A stretch of DNA of 64,000 nt, from the IMG/VR virus record IMGVR_UViG_3300005973_000002. One strand, 5' to 3'. The notes beneath the pieces are model-generated. The model was not told where the DNA came from. It searched no databases and saw only the letters and a list, made by a program, of their open reading frames with translations. Shown one piece after another: positions 28,652-37,760 of the stretch. The stretch comes from a virus (Duplodnaviria; Caudoviricetes). Numbering within the stretch: the first letter of the stretch is position 1; each line of letters begins with the position of its first letter. Made by a program: the position numbers and the translations under genes.

Positions 28652-29557
28652 TTAATTGATAAACCATTCATTTTGCCATTTACCCAAGGAAGCAGAATAG
28701 GTTTGACGTACTTCACTAGCTGTGAATACCTTGTCGGTGTAAATTCTAACAAAAATCAAATCCCCTTCCCAATTGTCACTAATTGTTCCGTTGCCGCCAA
28801 CATAAAATGTTTGACTGCCGCTGAAAGGCCCGCCGGCAATTTGGTACTTGCCTTCAGCGTCAAACTGACCATTGATATAAATGGACTGAGTAATGAAAAC
28901 CGAAGAAGCGGCTGTTACCTCACGGGTGCAAACCACATGGAACCATTGTTCAAGAGGCAAAGATGACGAACTGTTAGTAGCAAGGTTTGTACCTGCATCA
29001 TCATCAAAATCAAACCTAATCCTGTTAGGGGCACCACTTCCTTGCTTCCAAATTCTAAAACAGGCATCATCGTAATTGCCAACCAAAAAATCCCACGTTG
29101 CGGCAAGACTGAGATCATGCTTTGCGATAAATTCAACGGTCATACTACCGGTGATAATAATAGAATTAGAACCAGATGCAATAAACTTCCTACCGTTGTT
29201 AGCTTTAAAGCTAAATTGTGAAAGCGATGGTGCTCCACCCCCTCCAATACTTCCTGTGCTAACTCTTAGCAGCGGTGCCCAGCCGTCGGCCACTTGTGAA
29301 CCGCCATTTATCACGAAGCCGGAAACAGAATCGGTAACGTTTGTAATTGTCCTTGCTATGCCCTGTGTAAAATCAAAAGCATGAGAAAGTCCGTCTGTAA
29401 TAACTGGTGTAAGCGAGCTAGAAAAATTTATGGTTGTGCCAGCCGCAGCTCCAGCCACCTGAGTAACAAAAGATATTCCTGCTGGCACAGGATCGCCAGT
29501 TGACCAAAAGGCCCAAGAACCACTTGCCGCAATAAATCCACGAAAGGTAGCCATCAC
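28652..29557 (-). CDS. LamG/concanavalin-like domain protein (putative virion adhesin)
   Basis: MTVEFI, QWFHVVCT, IYING, FYVGG, WEGDLIFVRIY. Confidence 0.7.
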   Translation of the reverse strand: MMATFRGFIAASGSWAFWSTGDPVPAGISFVTQVAGAAAGTTINFSSSLTPVITDGLSHAFDFTQGIARTITNVTDSVSGFVINGGSQVADGWAPLLRVSTGSIGGGGAPSLSQFSFKANNGRKFIASGSNSIIITGSMTVEFIAKHDLSLAATWDFLVGNYDDACFRIWKQGSGAPNRIRFDFDDDAGTNLATNSSSSLPLEQWFHVVCTREVTAASSVFITQSIYINGQFDAEGKYQIAGGPFSGSQTFYVGGNGTISDNWEGDLIFVRIYTDKVFTASEVRQTYSASLGKWQNEWFIN

Positions 29558-29625
29558 CTATAAATATGACCTAGGCTACCTTTTAAAGGTAGCCATCACC
29601 TATAAATATGACCTAGGCTACCTTT
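29543..29625. repeat. tandem duplication of a 41-bp unit (42-bp period), each unit bounded by 10-bp inverted repeats
   Basis: aaaggtagccatcacctataaatatgacctaggctaccttt at 29543-29583 and 29585-29625. Confidence 0.95.
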
Positions 29626-30719
29626 ACAAAATTTCGCTTTCCGATTTTGATGATTGTTCCAGGCTCAGGCCAAAACAGGGGGTCTAAAACCTTTTCGCCG
29701 GCGATGGTGACTCCACCTTGTCTAACAAGCTTTCGAGCCCTGTTGTTGCTTACTTCACGGACAAGTGCCACTATCTTCAGCAGAAGATCAGCCTCGATTA
29801 CTTGAATTTCATCTGGTGTTTCCTTGCGTTGGACAAGTGATTCAAAATGAACTTGTGCTTCGTCTGCCTTGTCGGAACCGTGAAATTGATTTACAATATC
29901 CCAAGCAAGCTTCTTCTTTTTTACCATAGGATGACCTGGAAGATCAATTAAATCAGTCAATAGTGAAATCCACTCATCGGTCACATCATCCGGGATAGAC
30001 ATCACCTTTCCAAACATCTCCTCTGGAGGCTCGTCCAGCCAGATGGTGTTGTTGAAGGTTTTACTCATCTTTCGTCCATCGGTGCCCCTAATGATGGGAG
30101 TCATAATGCAAACTTCGGGTGACTGTCCTTCTGATTCCTGAAGACTGCGTGCCACCTGAAAGTTGAACAACTGGTCTGTTCCACCAATTTCAACGTCAGA
30201 ATCAAGCACTACAGAATCCCAACCTTGCAGCAGGGGAACCAAAAACTCATGTAATGAAATTGGTGCGCCTGCTTCATGACGCTTGCGAAAGCCATCACGT
30301 GCAAGCATATTTGCAACCGTAAACTTGCTAGCAAGATTAGCAAGAAAGAATGGAATAGACATACCGTTGACAAAGTCACGGTTTTTATGAACCTTGAACC
30401 CAGGAAGCAATACTTTGCTTGCTTGTGCAAGCAGTTGTTCTGCGTTTTCCTCGACCTCTTCTTCCGAAAGGATAGGACGAGTTTTGTCCTGTCCACTCGG
30501 ATCACCAAGCTGGGCTGTCAGAGTTCCAAGAATGAGATCAAGATGATGTCCTTGTTCTTGGAGTTTTCTACAAACTCTTAGAGGGACAAAGTGTCCCAAA
30601 TGAAGACGATTTCTTGTTGGATCAATACCAAACTTTATTTTTAGTGACTTTACTGATTCCTTTACAAAAGATTCTGTTCGTTCAGGAAAACAGGTAAAGA
30701 CACCTCCACTGTAGATCAT
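29613..30719 (-). CDS. tyrS: tyrosyl-tRNA synthetase
   Basis: GIDPT..RLHLGH (HIGH), PLLQGWD, EIGGTDQLFN, KMSKT (KMSKS), C-terminal S4-like domain. Confidence 0.92.
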   Translation of the reverse strand: MIYSGGVFTCFPERTESFVKESVKSLKIKFGIDPTRNRLHLGHFVPLRVCRKLQEQGHHLDLILGTLTAQLGDPSGQDKTRPILSEEEVEENAEQLLAQASKVLLPGFKVHKNRDFVNGMSIPFFLANLASKFTVANMLARDGFRKRHEAGAPISLHEFLVPLLQGWDSVVLDSDVEIGGTDQLFNFQVARSLQESEGQSPEVCIMTPIIRGTDGRKMSKTFNNTIWLDEPPEEMFGKVMSIPDDVTDEWISLLTDLIDLPGHPMVKKKKLAWDIVNQFHGSDKADEAQVHFESLVQRKETPDEIQVIEADLLLKIVALVREVSNNRARKLVRQGGVTIAGEKVLDPLFWPEPGTIIKIGKRNFVKVA

Positions 30720-30753
30720 TCTTCAACATCTTTATTCTCCAAACAAAGGTTAG

Positions 30754-30826
30754 CATCCCCGGTAGGATTCGAACCTACACCCGGTCGGGTAGAAGCCGAC
30801 TGCTCTTCCAATTGAGCTTCGGGGAC
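30754..30826 (-). tRNA. tRNA-Arg (TCT)
   Basis: Full cloverleaf; GTCGG-CTTCTAC-CCGAC anticodon arm; GGTTCGAATCC; 3' CTA instead of CCA. Confidence 0.9.
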
Positions 30827-30829
30827 ATT

Positions 30830-30904
30830 TGGCAGACCCACCAGGACTCGAACCTGGAATAAGAGCTTAGGAGGCTCCTGTGATGTCCCTTTCACCATGG
30901 GTCC
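30830..30904 (-). tRNA. tRNA-Arg (CCT)
   Basis: Acceptor GGACCCA/TGGGTCT, GGAGC-CTCCTAA-GCTCT, GGTTCGAGTCC, encoded CCA. Confidence 0.9.
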
Positions 30905-30928
30905 ATTCACACTTTACAAACTATGCTC

Positions 30929-30957
30929 ACTATAGCATATAGCTTCTAAGTTGTAAA
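30929..30957 (-). promoter_or_regulatory. sigma70-like promoter for the tRNA-Arg/tRNA-Arg/tyrS unit
   Basis: TTTACA-N17-TATAGT on the - strand. Confidence 0.65.
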
Positions 30958-30960
30958 CCT

Positions 30961-31176
30961 TTAAAATGTTCCGGTCATCAACACCACGGCAACCAATAAA
31001 CTTAGCACAAAAAGCCCAAGACAAACGAGCTGAACTCTTCGGTACCATTTTTGAGCTTTTGAACCTTTCCAATCTTTTTTAACTTTCGAAACAATAAGAT
31101 CAACAGGAACCGAAAGAATCAAAAGTGGAAGCAAAATGGTAACAATCCAACTAAATACTGCGAGTACAATTTCCAT
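30961..31176 (-). CDS. small membrane protein
   Basis: Two hydrophobic helices. Confidence 0.6.
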   Translation of the reverse strand: MEIVLAVFSWIVTILLPLLILSVPVDLIVSKVKKDWKGSKAQKWYRRVQLVCLGLFVLSLLVAVVLMTGTF

Positions 31177-31207
31177 AACAATAACCCTCTAAGGCTTAAG
31201 TAGCCTG

Positions 31208-31558
31208 TCAATCCAGTCTTTGGCTTGCTTTAACCGCTCTTTCATAACTAGAGCCTATTTTAGAATAAAGTTCTACCGGAGAAAAACCTTCGTGAAGCGT
31301 GGATCCTTGGAGATATTCTTCAGCTTTTAGGTGACAAACATCTTTACAGAGAGAAATACCGTTTTCTTTAACGTATCCACCGTTTTCTATTTCATTTCTA
31401 TTTGTTATGTGATGGCAATCTAATATTTCGCTAACAAAATTATATTTTTGAGGGTTTTGTTTTAAAACCAAATCTCGCTTGCCGCAAATTCTGCAAGAAA
31501 AATTATCACGCACAAAAACCTCTTTCCGAAAATTGTATCTTATAGATTTTTTTGACAT
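31208..31558 (-). CDS. HNH endonuclease-family protein
   Basis: VFVRDNFSCRICG, LDCHHI, NGISLC...CH. Confidence 0.8.
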   Translation of the reverse strand: MSKKSIRYNFRKEVFVRDNFSCRICGKRDLVLKQNPQKYNFVSEILDCHHITNRNEIENGGYVKENGISLCKDVCHLKAEEYLQGSTLHEGFSPVELYSKIGSSYERAVKASQRLD

Positions 31559-31754
31559 TGCACCACCTTGTCACATAAAGTTAAAAATCTCTCTAAAGGC
31601 AAATCAAATTTCATCTTATTGACATCTTTATGTACCCACCAAACATTTCCTTCTAAATATCCTTTAGTGTTATCAAATTGGTAGAAAGCTCATTTTTTAT
31701 ATGAGAAATAGAGCATCCGTCTAAGTATAATTTAATAATTTGTTCTTCTTTCAT
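31540..31754 (-). pseudogene. internally deleted homing endonuclease remnant
   Basis: N-terminal MKEEQIIKLYLDGCSISHIKNEL joined out of frame to FDNTKGYLEGNVWWVHKDVNKMK..., a His-Asn endonuclease C-terminus. Confidence 0.6.
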
Positions 31755-31848
31755 TAGAAAATGATAGCTAGTTTGTACTCCAATGCCTAATAGCTTAGGC
31801 TAACTTTCTCATTGAAATCAAATATCATTCACATTTAAAACAGCCGAT

Positions 31849-32115
31849 CTAAAATTTGATCTTATTTGTTTCTTTTTGTGATTCACGGCTAAACACAGTT
31901 CTAATTGCAAACAAAAAAAGCTCATAGAGAGTTTTGCACAACAACAAGAAAAATATGAACGAATATATTGCTACGATAAGCAGTCCAGCGGCAAATATGA
32001 ATACAATAGAAAAGAAAAGAAGAAAGATTTTTTCAGGTAAGGTTTCTTTCCTCTGTTCTATGTTCACATGGATAAATAGACTATCCCACCTCCTGGACTG
32101 TACCAAAAAGATCAA
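31849..32115 (-). CDS. small membrane protein
   Basis: Long hydrophobic stretch; start uncertain. Confidence 0.45.
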   Translation of the reverse strand: MIFLVQSRRWDSLFIHVNIEQRKETLPEKIFLLFFSIVFIFAAGLLIVAIYSFIFFLLLCKTLYELFLFAIRTVFSRESQKETNKIKF

Positions 32116-32455
32116 ATGGATCAGTTAGCAGCTCCCAATCCTTTAAATTGTTGCTCATAAACGGCTTACCACCCCCAGCTCGATTTACCGCAACCGTCAC
32201 GTGGGGTCTTTCATTCTTACTGGGGACGTCAGAGGTGACCCCGACGGCCAAAACTTTATCATCGGCTGCAACTGACACCACGGTTAATTCAGCCGGCGTA
32301 CCGAGCAAACTAGGGTCTGCTGGTCCCTTACCAATCGGGCCCATGTTGATGGTCATGTGATGAGCAATAACGTCCCACCCTGCTGGGACCAGATGAATAA
32401 AACGATTTATGAGCCGCTTTCTACTTTCTTCGTCGAGAACTATTGCAGTGTACAT
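32081..32455 (-). CDS. 2H phosphoesterase
   Basis: Two HxT motifs (HHMTI, PHVTV) in 124 aa. Confidence 0.8.
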   Translation of the reverse strand: MYTAIVLDEESRKRLINRFIHLVPAGWDVIAHHMTINMGPIGKGPADPSLLGTPAELTVVSVAADDKVLAVGVTSDVPSKNERPHVTVAVNRAGGGKPFMSNNLKDWELLTDPFDLFGTVQEVG

Positions 32456-32458
32456 ATA

Positions 32459-32796
32459 TCACCTTCGGTTTGAGAGATTGCCATTGTTATCCGACTCTTC
32501 CCAGATAACTTTCTCGAAGAATTCACAAAGTTTATCTTCACCAAATACGCCGACTCGACCTCCGTCGGGGTAATGGTGCCATATAGTTGACCACCCTCTC
32601 ACTTGAAGCGTTTCAGATTTCTTTGGATCTTTAACAGTAAGGATGTAATCAGCAATACCCTTCTTTTCCCAAGAAACCAGCTCCCATTTAGGAGCAACAA
32701 GAGTTCACCTGCAACCATTCGCAAAACAAAGTATGCAGGAATCGCAAATATGCCAAATGCTACGCAAAATGTTACCAAAAACACAATAACTTCCAT
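32459..32796 (-). pseudogene. frameshifted membrane-anchored protein
   Basis: TM N-terminus (MEVIVF...VAG) continues plausibly in another frame (TLVAPKWELVSWEKK...RGWSTIWHHYPDGG...) ending just before the 2H gene; break near 32700. Confidence 0.5.
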
Positions 32797-32888
32797 ACCA
32801 ACTCCAAAACAATCGGAGCCAATCTAACATGTTGGCCTGATGCATTCAACCTGTTTACTTTCTAAAATGTGGATGACATCATCATCTT

Positions 32889-33287
32889 ATGGACAAAGAC
32901 AAACCTAATGTATGGAATGCCATAAAAAGATGGCGCCAAAACCGGCTGCCATCCAAATTCCAAAACATTAAAGATATGAAAGTTCTGCCAATGTATTCGA
33001 TTAAGTTCTCAGCAAAGCTTAGAGGCAGACTGTTTCAGGTTTGTTCAACCTATAGTCATATGGACTACGTTCACCTTCATTTCTTTAAAAGAGAAGTCGG
33101 AAGGCTTGGAACCTATAAAAAAACAATACCCGTCGGCGAAAATGTATTTGCCACGGGTAGAGTTGCTGATTTCAGAATCAAAGAAGAACGATCGAAACAA
33201 AACGCAATTGAAGTATTCACCACAAGAGGCATTGGTTACGTTTTCTGGAACGAATTAAAGGAATTGCAGCCGTCAGTTGACGTTTGA
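32889..33287 (+). CDS. hypothetical protein
   Basis: 132-aa ORF on the + strand between - strand genes. Confidence 0.55.
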   Translation: MDKDKPNVWNAIKRWRQNRLPSKFQNIKDMKVLPMYSIKFSAKLRGRLFQVCSTYSHMDYVHLHFFKREVGRLGTYKKTIPVGENVFATGRVADFRIKEERSKQNAIEVFTTRGIGYVFWNELKELQPSVDV

Positions 33288-33545
33288 CTCAGAGTCATCT
33301 GCAACCTTTTCTTGCATCTTCTGTTGTACCTCTTCTGCTTTTCGTGTAAGCTCTTCAATCTGAGCATTGTAAGCGTTTACATATTCCTCTGTTGGATACA
33401 CAGCGCCATCAACAAGTTCAAGGCGGATGGCACGCATGTGGTCAACAATGTTCGTGCCAGTTAGAATTGAAAGCTGTACGAGTTCTCTTACAAGAGCAAT
33501 CGCATCATCGCTAAGCCTTAGATTTTTTTTGTTTTCTTCACTCAT
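33273..33545 (-). CDS. hypothetical coiled-coil protein
   Basis: Likely start MSEENKK. Confidence 0.65.
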   Translation of the reverse strand: MSEENKKNLRLSDDAIALVRELVQLSILTGTNIVDHMRAIRLELVDGAVYPTEEYVNAYNAQIEELTRKAEEVQQKMQEKVADDSESNVN

Positions 33546-33618
33546 TTCATACCTCTTTAGCTGACAAATAAAGCATGTAGAGATATTACTCGGTTGTCCA
33601 AAGAAGAACAAAGTTTCT

Positions 33619-34902
33619 TCAGCTTAATTGCTCAATATCCAGCCAAAATCTCGTTCCTTCAAATTTTGGAATATTGATCGAGCCAGCTTTGGCCATCTTT
33701 GGCAACAGGTGTTTGGCCTTGTTGTGAACATCTAATATTAGAGCATCGTGCAATACAAACAGTGGCCTAACATAAGAAAAGCCATCCGATGCCATCAGTC
33801 TTTCTATTATGTTCGAAAAGCCATTTAGAGCAACGTCAACCGCTGTCGATTGAATGAAGTAATTCACAAGCACGTATGGTGGTGTTGATTCTGCAAATAT
33901 TGGACGTCTGTACATATTGTAGATGAACTTGCCGTTATTTTTTTTGTACTCTTCTTGTAGCTTTTTGCGAAGTTCTTCTACACCAAAATGCTCCTTAATG
34001 GAGTTTACGAATTGTTCAGGGTAATCAATTTTATCTCTGAGCTTTTTGATTAACTCATCATCACTAGCACCATAAATCATGGAAATGATAGCGGTCTTAA
34101 TCGATTTTCGATCGACATCTTCATCAAGACCCATTTCTTCAGCCACAAACATGTAAAGGTCTTTGGGCGCTTTGAGCTTATCGTCTTTGAGTGCAAGCAA
34201 TATTCTTGGTTCTAATGATTTAAAATCAACATAATATATCCCACCTTCATCACCCCATTGAGATGTAAGGACTTGGCGGTAGTCCTTGCGGAGATGTAAT
34301 ATGCCTGGACCATTCTTAACAGTCAAACGACCTGTTATCGATGAAAATCGATCATAGTTGATTTTTGAAGCAAAGTAAATACCCTTGTGCTGCTTGGCAG
34401 GCGCAAAGCTTTGTAAAACGACCTTGCTGGAACTTTCATTCCCATCGGAAACAAATTCTTCGTATTTTTTTACATCGACTGCTGTACGTCCCAGGGACTT
34501 AAAAATGACAGAATGTCTTTTAAAGGGACCGAAGTAATAACTCAGATCTAAGTTTTGATAGTCGTCCCAAAGTTCTTGGACGACTGCTTGAAGTTCCTTT
34601 TTATAGATGTTTGGTGGCATCACCATGCGCCACGGAAAATTTTTTGGAAGGTAGAAACCCTTTTCATCCTCCGGGTTTAGAACCTTTTCATAAGCTCTTC
34701 TGAATGGAGCTGGTGGAAAACGTCTGTAAGGTCGTCGATAAAGCTGGCAAATTTCCCAATAGTCGCTACTAGGAATAACAATTCGCTCCTGCGATGTTTT
34801 TCCTACAAATGTAGAACGACGCTTTTCAAACTCTCCTGGGCTCTTTACCAGAAGGTCAAAATTGTTGACACCGAGAAAACGCCTCTGTAATAAAAGCTCC
34901 AC
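33619..34902 (-). CDS. short family A DNA polymerase (polymerase domain only)
   Basis: Motif A VDFKSLEPRIL, motif B RKSIKTAIISMIYG, NYFIQSTA, motif C LHDALI; no exonuclease motifs seen. Confidence 0.85.
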   Translation of the reverse strand: MELLLQRRFLGVNNFDLLVKSPGEFEKRRSTFVGKTSQERIVIPSSDYWEICQLYRRPYRRFPPAPFRRAYEKVLNPEDEKGFYLPKNFPWRMVMPPNIYKKELQAVVQELWDDYQNLDLSYYFGPFKRHSVIFKSLGRTAVDVKKYEEFVSDGNESSSKVVLQSFAPAKQHKGIYFASKINYDRFSSITGRLTVKNGPGILHLRKDYRQVLTSQWGDEGGIYYVDFKSLEPRILLALKDDKLKAPKDLYMFVAEEMGLDEDVDRKSIKTAIISMIYGASDDELIKKLRDKIDYPEQFVNSIKEHFGVEELRKKLQEEYKKNNGKFIYNMYRRPIFAESTPPYVLVNYFIQSTAVDVALNGFSNIIERLMASDGFSYVRPLFVLHDALILDVHNKAKHLLPKMAKAGSINIPKFEGTRFWLDIEQLS

Positions 34903-34908
34903 TAGACA

Positions 34909-34937
34909 AGTATAGGGCTTGTTGGTTTATGTTTCAA
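34909..34937 (-). promoter_or_regulatory. sigma70-like promoter of the polymerase gene
   Basis: TTGAAA-N17-TATACT on the - strand. Confidence 0.7.
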
Positions 34938-35111
34938 CCTTATCGGTCAGTCTCAACATGCTGAGGATATACCATTGCCTCAATTTATTAGGGACAACTT
35001 CTTGGAACATCCAATGTGAATCTGATTGCACGTGATTAGCACGAATGCGTGGTAAACCAGTATGTTTATCGTTTGAACATGATTCTTTCGTTAGTAGCCA
35101 TATTCATACAC

Positions 35112-36041
35112 ATGAAATATCAGGAGCCAATATGTGAGTCTTGCAATTCTACCATTAAGATAAATCGTCCACGAGATAGATTTAAAAGATTTTGTAATCG
35201 CAAGTGTGCATCATATATTCGAACTCAAAAACGAAGAACTGATAGAATGTGTTTGCATTGCAATCAAGAGTTCCAACCACGATACTCAGCACAAAAATAT
35301 TGCTCCCGAAGTTGTTCAAATAGATTCAGAAAAAAACAACATGTACGCTACTGCAATTCTTGCAAACATAAATTTATATTAAAAAATATTGCGTATGAAA
35401 ATAGGGGCAACGGCAAATTTTGTTCGGTATCATGTGCGCAACGGCAATATCCTATTAACAATGCCTTCTTTGACATCATTGACTCAGAAATACAAGCCTA
35501 TTGGTTAGGCTTTTTGTTTGGAGATGGATATCAAAACGGGTACGAATTAGTTGTGAACCTTGCAGTTAAAGATTACAATCACTTATTTTCATTGAAAAGG
35601 GCACTTGATTCAAAACATCCCATCAAAATTATTGATGGCTCAATAGCTTCAATAAGAATTGGAAGTAAGCATTTGTGCAAAGCTCTAACGAAGTTAGGAT
35701 GCGTTCAAGCCAAAAGCAAAACACTCAAATGGCCCAAAACATTAAAACCGCATCTTCAACGACATTTCATAAGAGGGGTATTTGATGCGGATGGCTGTTT
35801 TTATAAGCAAAAGTCTGGACGGACTAAACGTTGGTCTATATATTCAGGGTCCCCAGAATTTTTAGAAGTTATGGCTCAAGTCCTCGCTGGGCATGGTATG
35901 CCGACATCAATTAATCAATGTACAATCAATATTACTAAGCAAAAAGTTTTACAGCACATTTATGCTTTTTTATATAAAAAAAGCACTATATATCTACCAA
36001 GAAAAAAAGAAAAGTTTGCAACATATATCAACTCTCTTTAA
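35112..36041 (+). CDS. free-standing LAGLIDADG homing endonuclease with N-terminal CxxC zinc-finger repeats
   Basis: YWLGFLFGDGY and FIRGVFDADGC; repeated CxxC...FCxxxC units. Confidence 0.85.
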   Translation: MKYQEPICESCNSTIKINRPRDRFKRFCNRKCASYIRTQKRRTDRMCLHCNQEFQPRYSAQKYCSRSCSNRFRKKQHVRYCNSCKHKFILKNIAYENRGNGKFCSVSCAQRQYPINNAFFDIIDSEIQAYWLGFLFGDGYQNGYELVVNLAVKDYNHLFSLKRALDSKHPIKIIDGSIASIRIGSKHLCKALTKLGCVQAKSKTLKWPKTLKPHLQRHFIRGVFDADGCFYKQKSGRTKRWSIYSGSPEFLEVMAQVLAGHGMPTSINQCTINITKQKVLQHIYAFLYKKSTIYLPRKKEKFATYINSL

Positions 36042-36657
36042 GAGAATTGGGAGTCCAATTTCGTTCCCATCTTTCGTCGGTAGTTACATGATTAGCACGA
36101 ACATACTTTGCTACAGATTCCCTAAAATCGTCATAAGCGAAGGAATCATAAAGTCTGATGACGTACCCTTCAGAATTTTCTTCGCCATTCTGGGGCGACC
36201 AAGATGCTCTGATAGCCTCTTCATCATAGAGCCCCACATACAAAACCGGAACATGTTCAATTTCGAGTAGTTGACACCACTCAACCGTAGAACCCCAATC
36301 TAAGCAGATGTTTTCTTCGTTCCAGATCGAGAATGCAAGGAAATATGAGTTGAGTCTTTCATAGGCAATTGAATGTCTGGCAAAGAGATTTTCTCCGCAG
36401 ATTCGCCATCCTTCGGGTATATGATGAGATAGACGCCCTTGGAGTGCCTTAACCCAGTTTCGACTGGGGTGGTTCGTCGAAGATGTTGTTCTTGCGTGAA
36501 TATGGTCTTTATACATGGTTGTGTTTTCGCCATCCATTTTCTCCGTTACTACTACCTTTTTGCCAACAAAATGATCCATCGACTCAAGAATGCGGTCGTC
36601 CCGAGTCCCCCCAGGACTCCAGGGGCAATGATATGTCCGAGGGTATTTGTAATACAT
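36028..36657 (-). CDS. RNA ligase-family protein (adenylation domain)
   Basis: KYPRTYH, motif I TEKMDGEN, ICGEN, EGYVIR, KYVR. Confidence 0.85.
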   Translation of the reverse strand: MYYKYPRTYHCPWSPGGTRDDRILESMDHFVGKKVVVTEKMDGENTTMYKDHIHARTTSSTNHPSRNWVKALQGRLSHHIPEGWRICGENLFARHSIAYERLNSYFLAFSIWNEENICLDWGSTVEWCQLLEIEHVPVLYVGLYDEEAIRASWSPQNGEENSEGYVIRLYDSFAYDDFRESVAKYVRANHVTTDERWERNWTPNSLKES

Positions 36658-36734
36658 GACATTACTCCAGTGATATCAGTTTATACCACACGAAAATCGG
36701 AAAATCAACCGAATAATGCATATTTGATCAAAAT

Positions 36735-37760
36735 TTATAGTAGTAGATTTTTTACGGTATTTTTAGCATTGGCAGCAGTTTGAAAGATTTTATCTCTGGC
36801 TTTTATTGCTATTTCTGTATCTGCTTTTTCAAATTTTTTATTGTTCAAGACACTGTCCATCTTAGAAATAAAATTATTTGCTACCGCAACAACAAATTCT
36901 TCAGAAGAATTGTATTGCAATGTCCCGCCATCAAAAATGCCGGCCTTTTCCAAGGCATCCCCGAGAGACTTTATTCCTTGAATGATCCCTTCAACAGATA
37001 AGTTATCGACATTTACTCCAGGAATTTTTGCACTAACTGTTTTGTCTTTGATGGTTCCATATTTTGCCTGAATAAAGAAATTGACAATATCCTGAAATAG
37101 GCTTTCAAAATTCAGTGATGCGACCTTTTCTTCAGTATGTTTACGAACTCTATAAGGAACTAGAACACCCTTTTGAAGCTTTGCACGAGCGCCTCTATCT
37201 CCAATGCTCATCATTAAAGCTTCTGCGAGTGCCGCATAAAGCCCACCAGACACAAAACCTTTTACGTTTCTAATTGGAGTGAATCTGGATTTAGCCCAAT
37301 TGGAATACTTTTTGTGTGTGACAAAAAAATCAATTTGCACATACTTCCCTGGTTCAATTTCAGCAATTATCACAGGAGTCGTCGCCGCATCACCTTTTGA
37401 TTCTTCAATGTCGACGCCTCGGGGTTTGATTTCTCTGAAAAATTCAAACAACTTTTTATTGTAGAACTTTGCAGATATTACTTCATTTTTTCGCTCATCA
37501 TCGGAGTATTCAATCACTGGATATTCAATTAGATAATCAATGTCCCCATAAACATTATTGGGGTTTTCTTCAATATCTTCTTCATAATAATTGCCAGAGC
37601 CAATTGGTCGAATGGGGTTTATTTCAGGCAACCCTTGATGTTTTAGTTGCAACCATTGATTAAAATCTGCAAGCAGATTTTTGGTGAAGATATCCGCACT
37701 TTTTACCAAAAGTGGCGTAAGAAGAACATCTTGTGTCTTAAGTGACGTCCAACCACCCAT
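36735..37760 (-). CDS. Pol-beta superfamily nucleotidyltransferase-like protein
   Basis: IGSG...GDID and VQIDF acidic triad. Confidence 0.7.
   Translation of the reverse strand: MGGWTSLKTQDVLLTPLLVKSADIFTKNLLADFNQWLQLKHQGLPEINPIRPIGSGNYYEEDIEENPNNVYGDIDYLIEYPVIEYSDDERKNEVISAKFYNKKLFEFFREIKPRGVDIEESKGDAATTPVIIAEIEPGKYVQIDFFVTHKKYSNWAKSRFTPIRNVKGFVSGGLYAALAEALMMSIGDRGARAKLQKGVLVPYRVRKHTEEKVASLNFESLFQDIVNFFIQAKYGTIKDKTVSAKIPGVNVDNLSVEGIIQGIKSLGDALEKAGIFDGGTLQYNSSEEFVVAVANNFISKMDSVLNNKKFEKADTEIAIKARDKIFQTAANAKNTVKNLLL

Noticed and set aside
34939-34957. Match to the 3' end of bacterial RNase P RNA (CTTATCGGTCAGT)
   Set aside because: The preceding conserved ACAGAA.CCGG element and the 5' GAGGAAAGTCC element are absent; a short chance match next to a promoter
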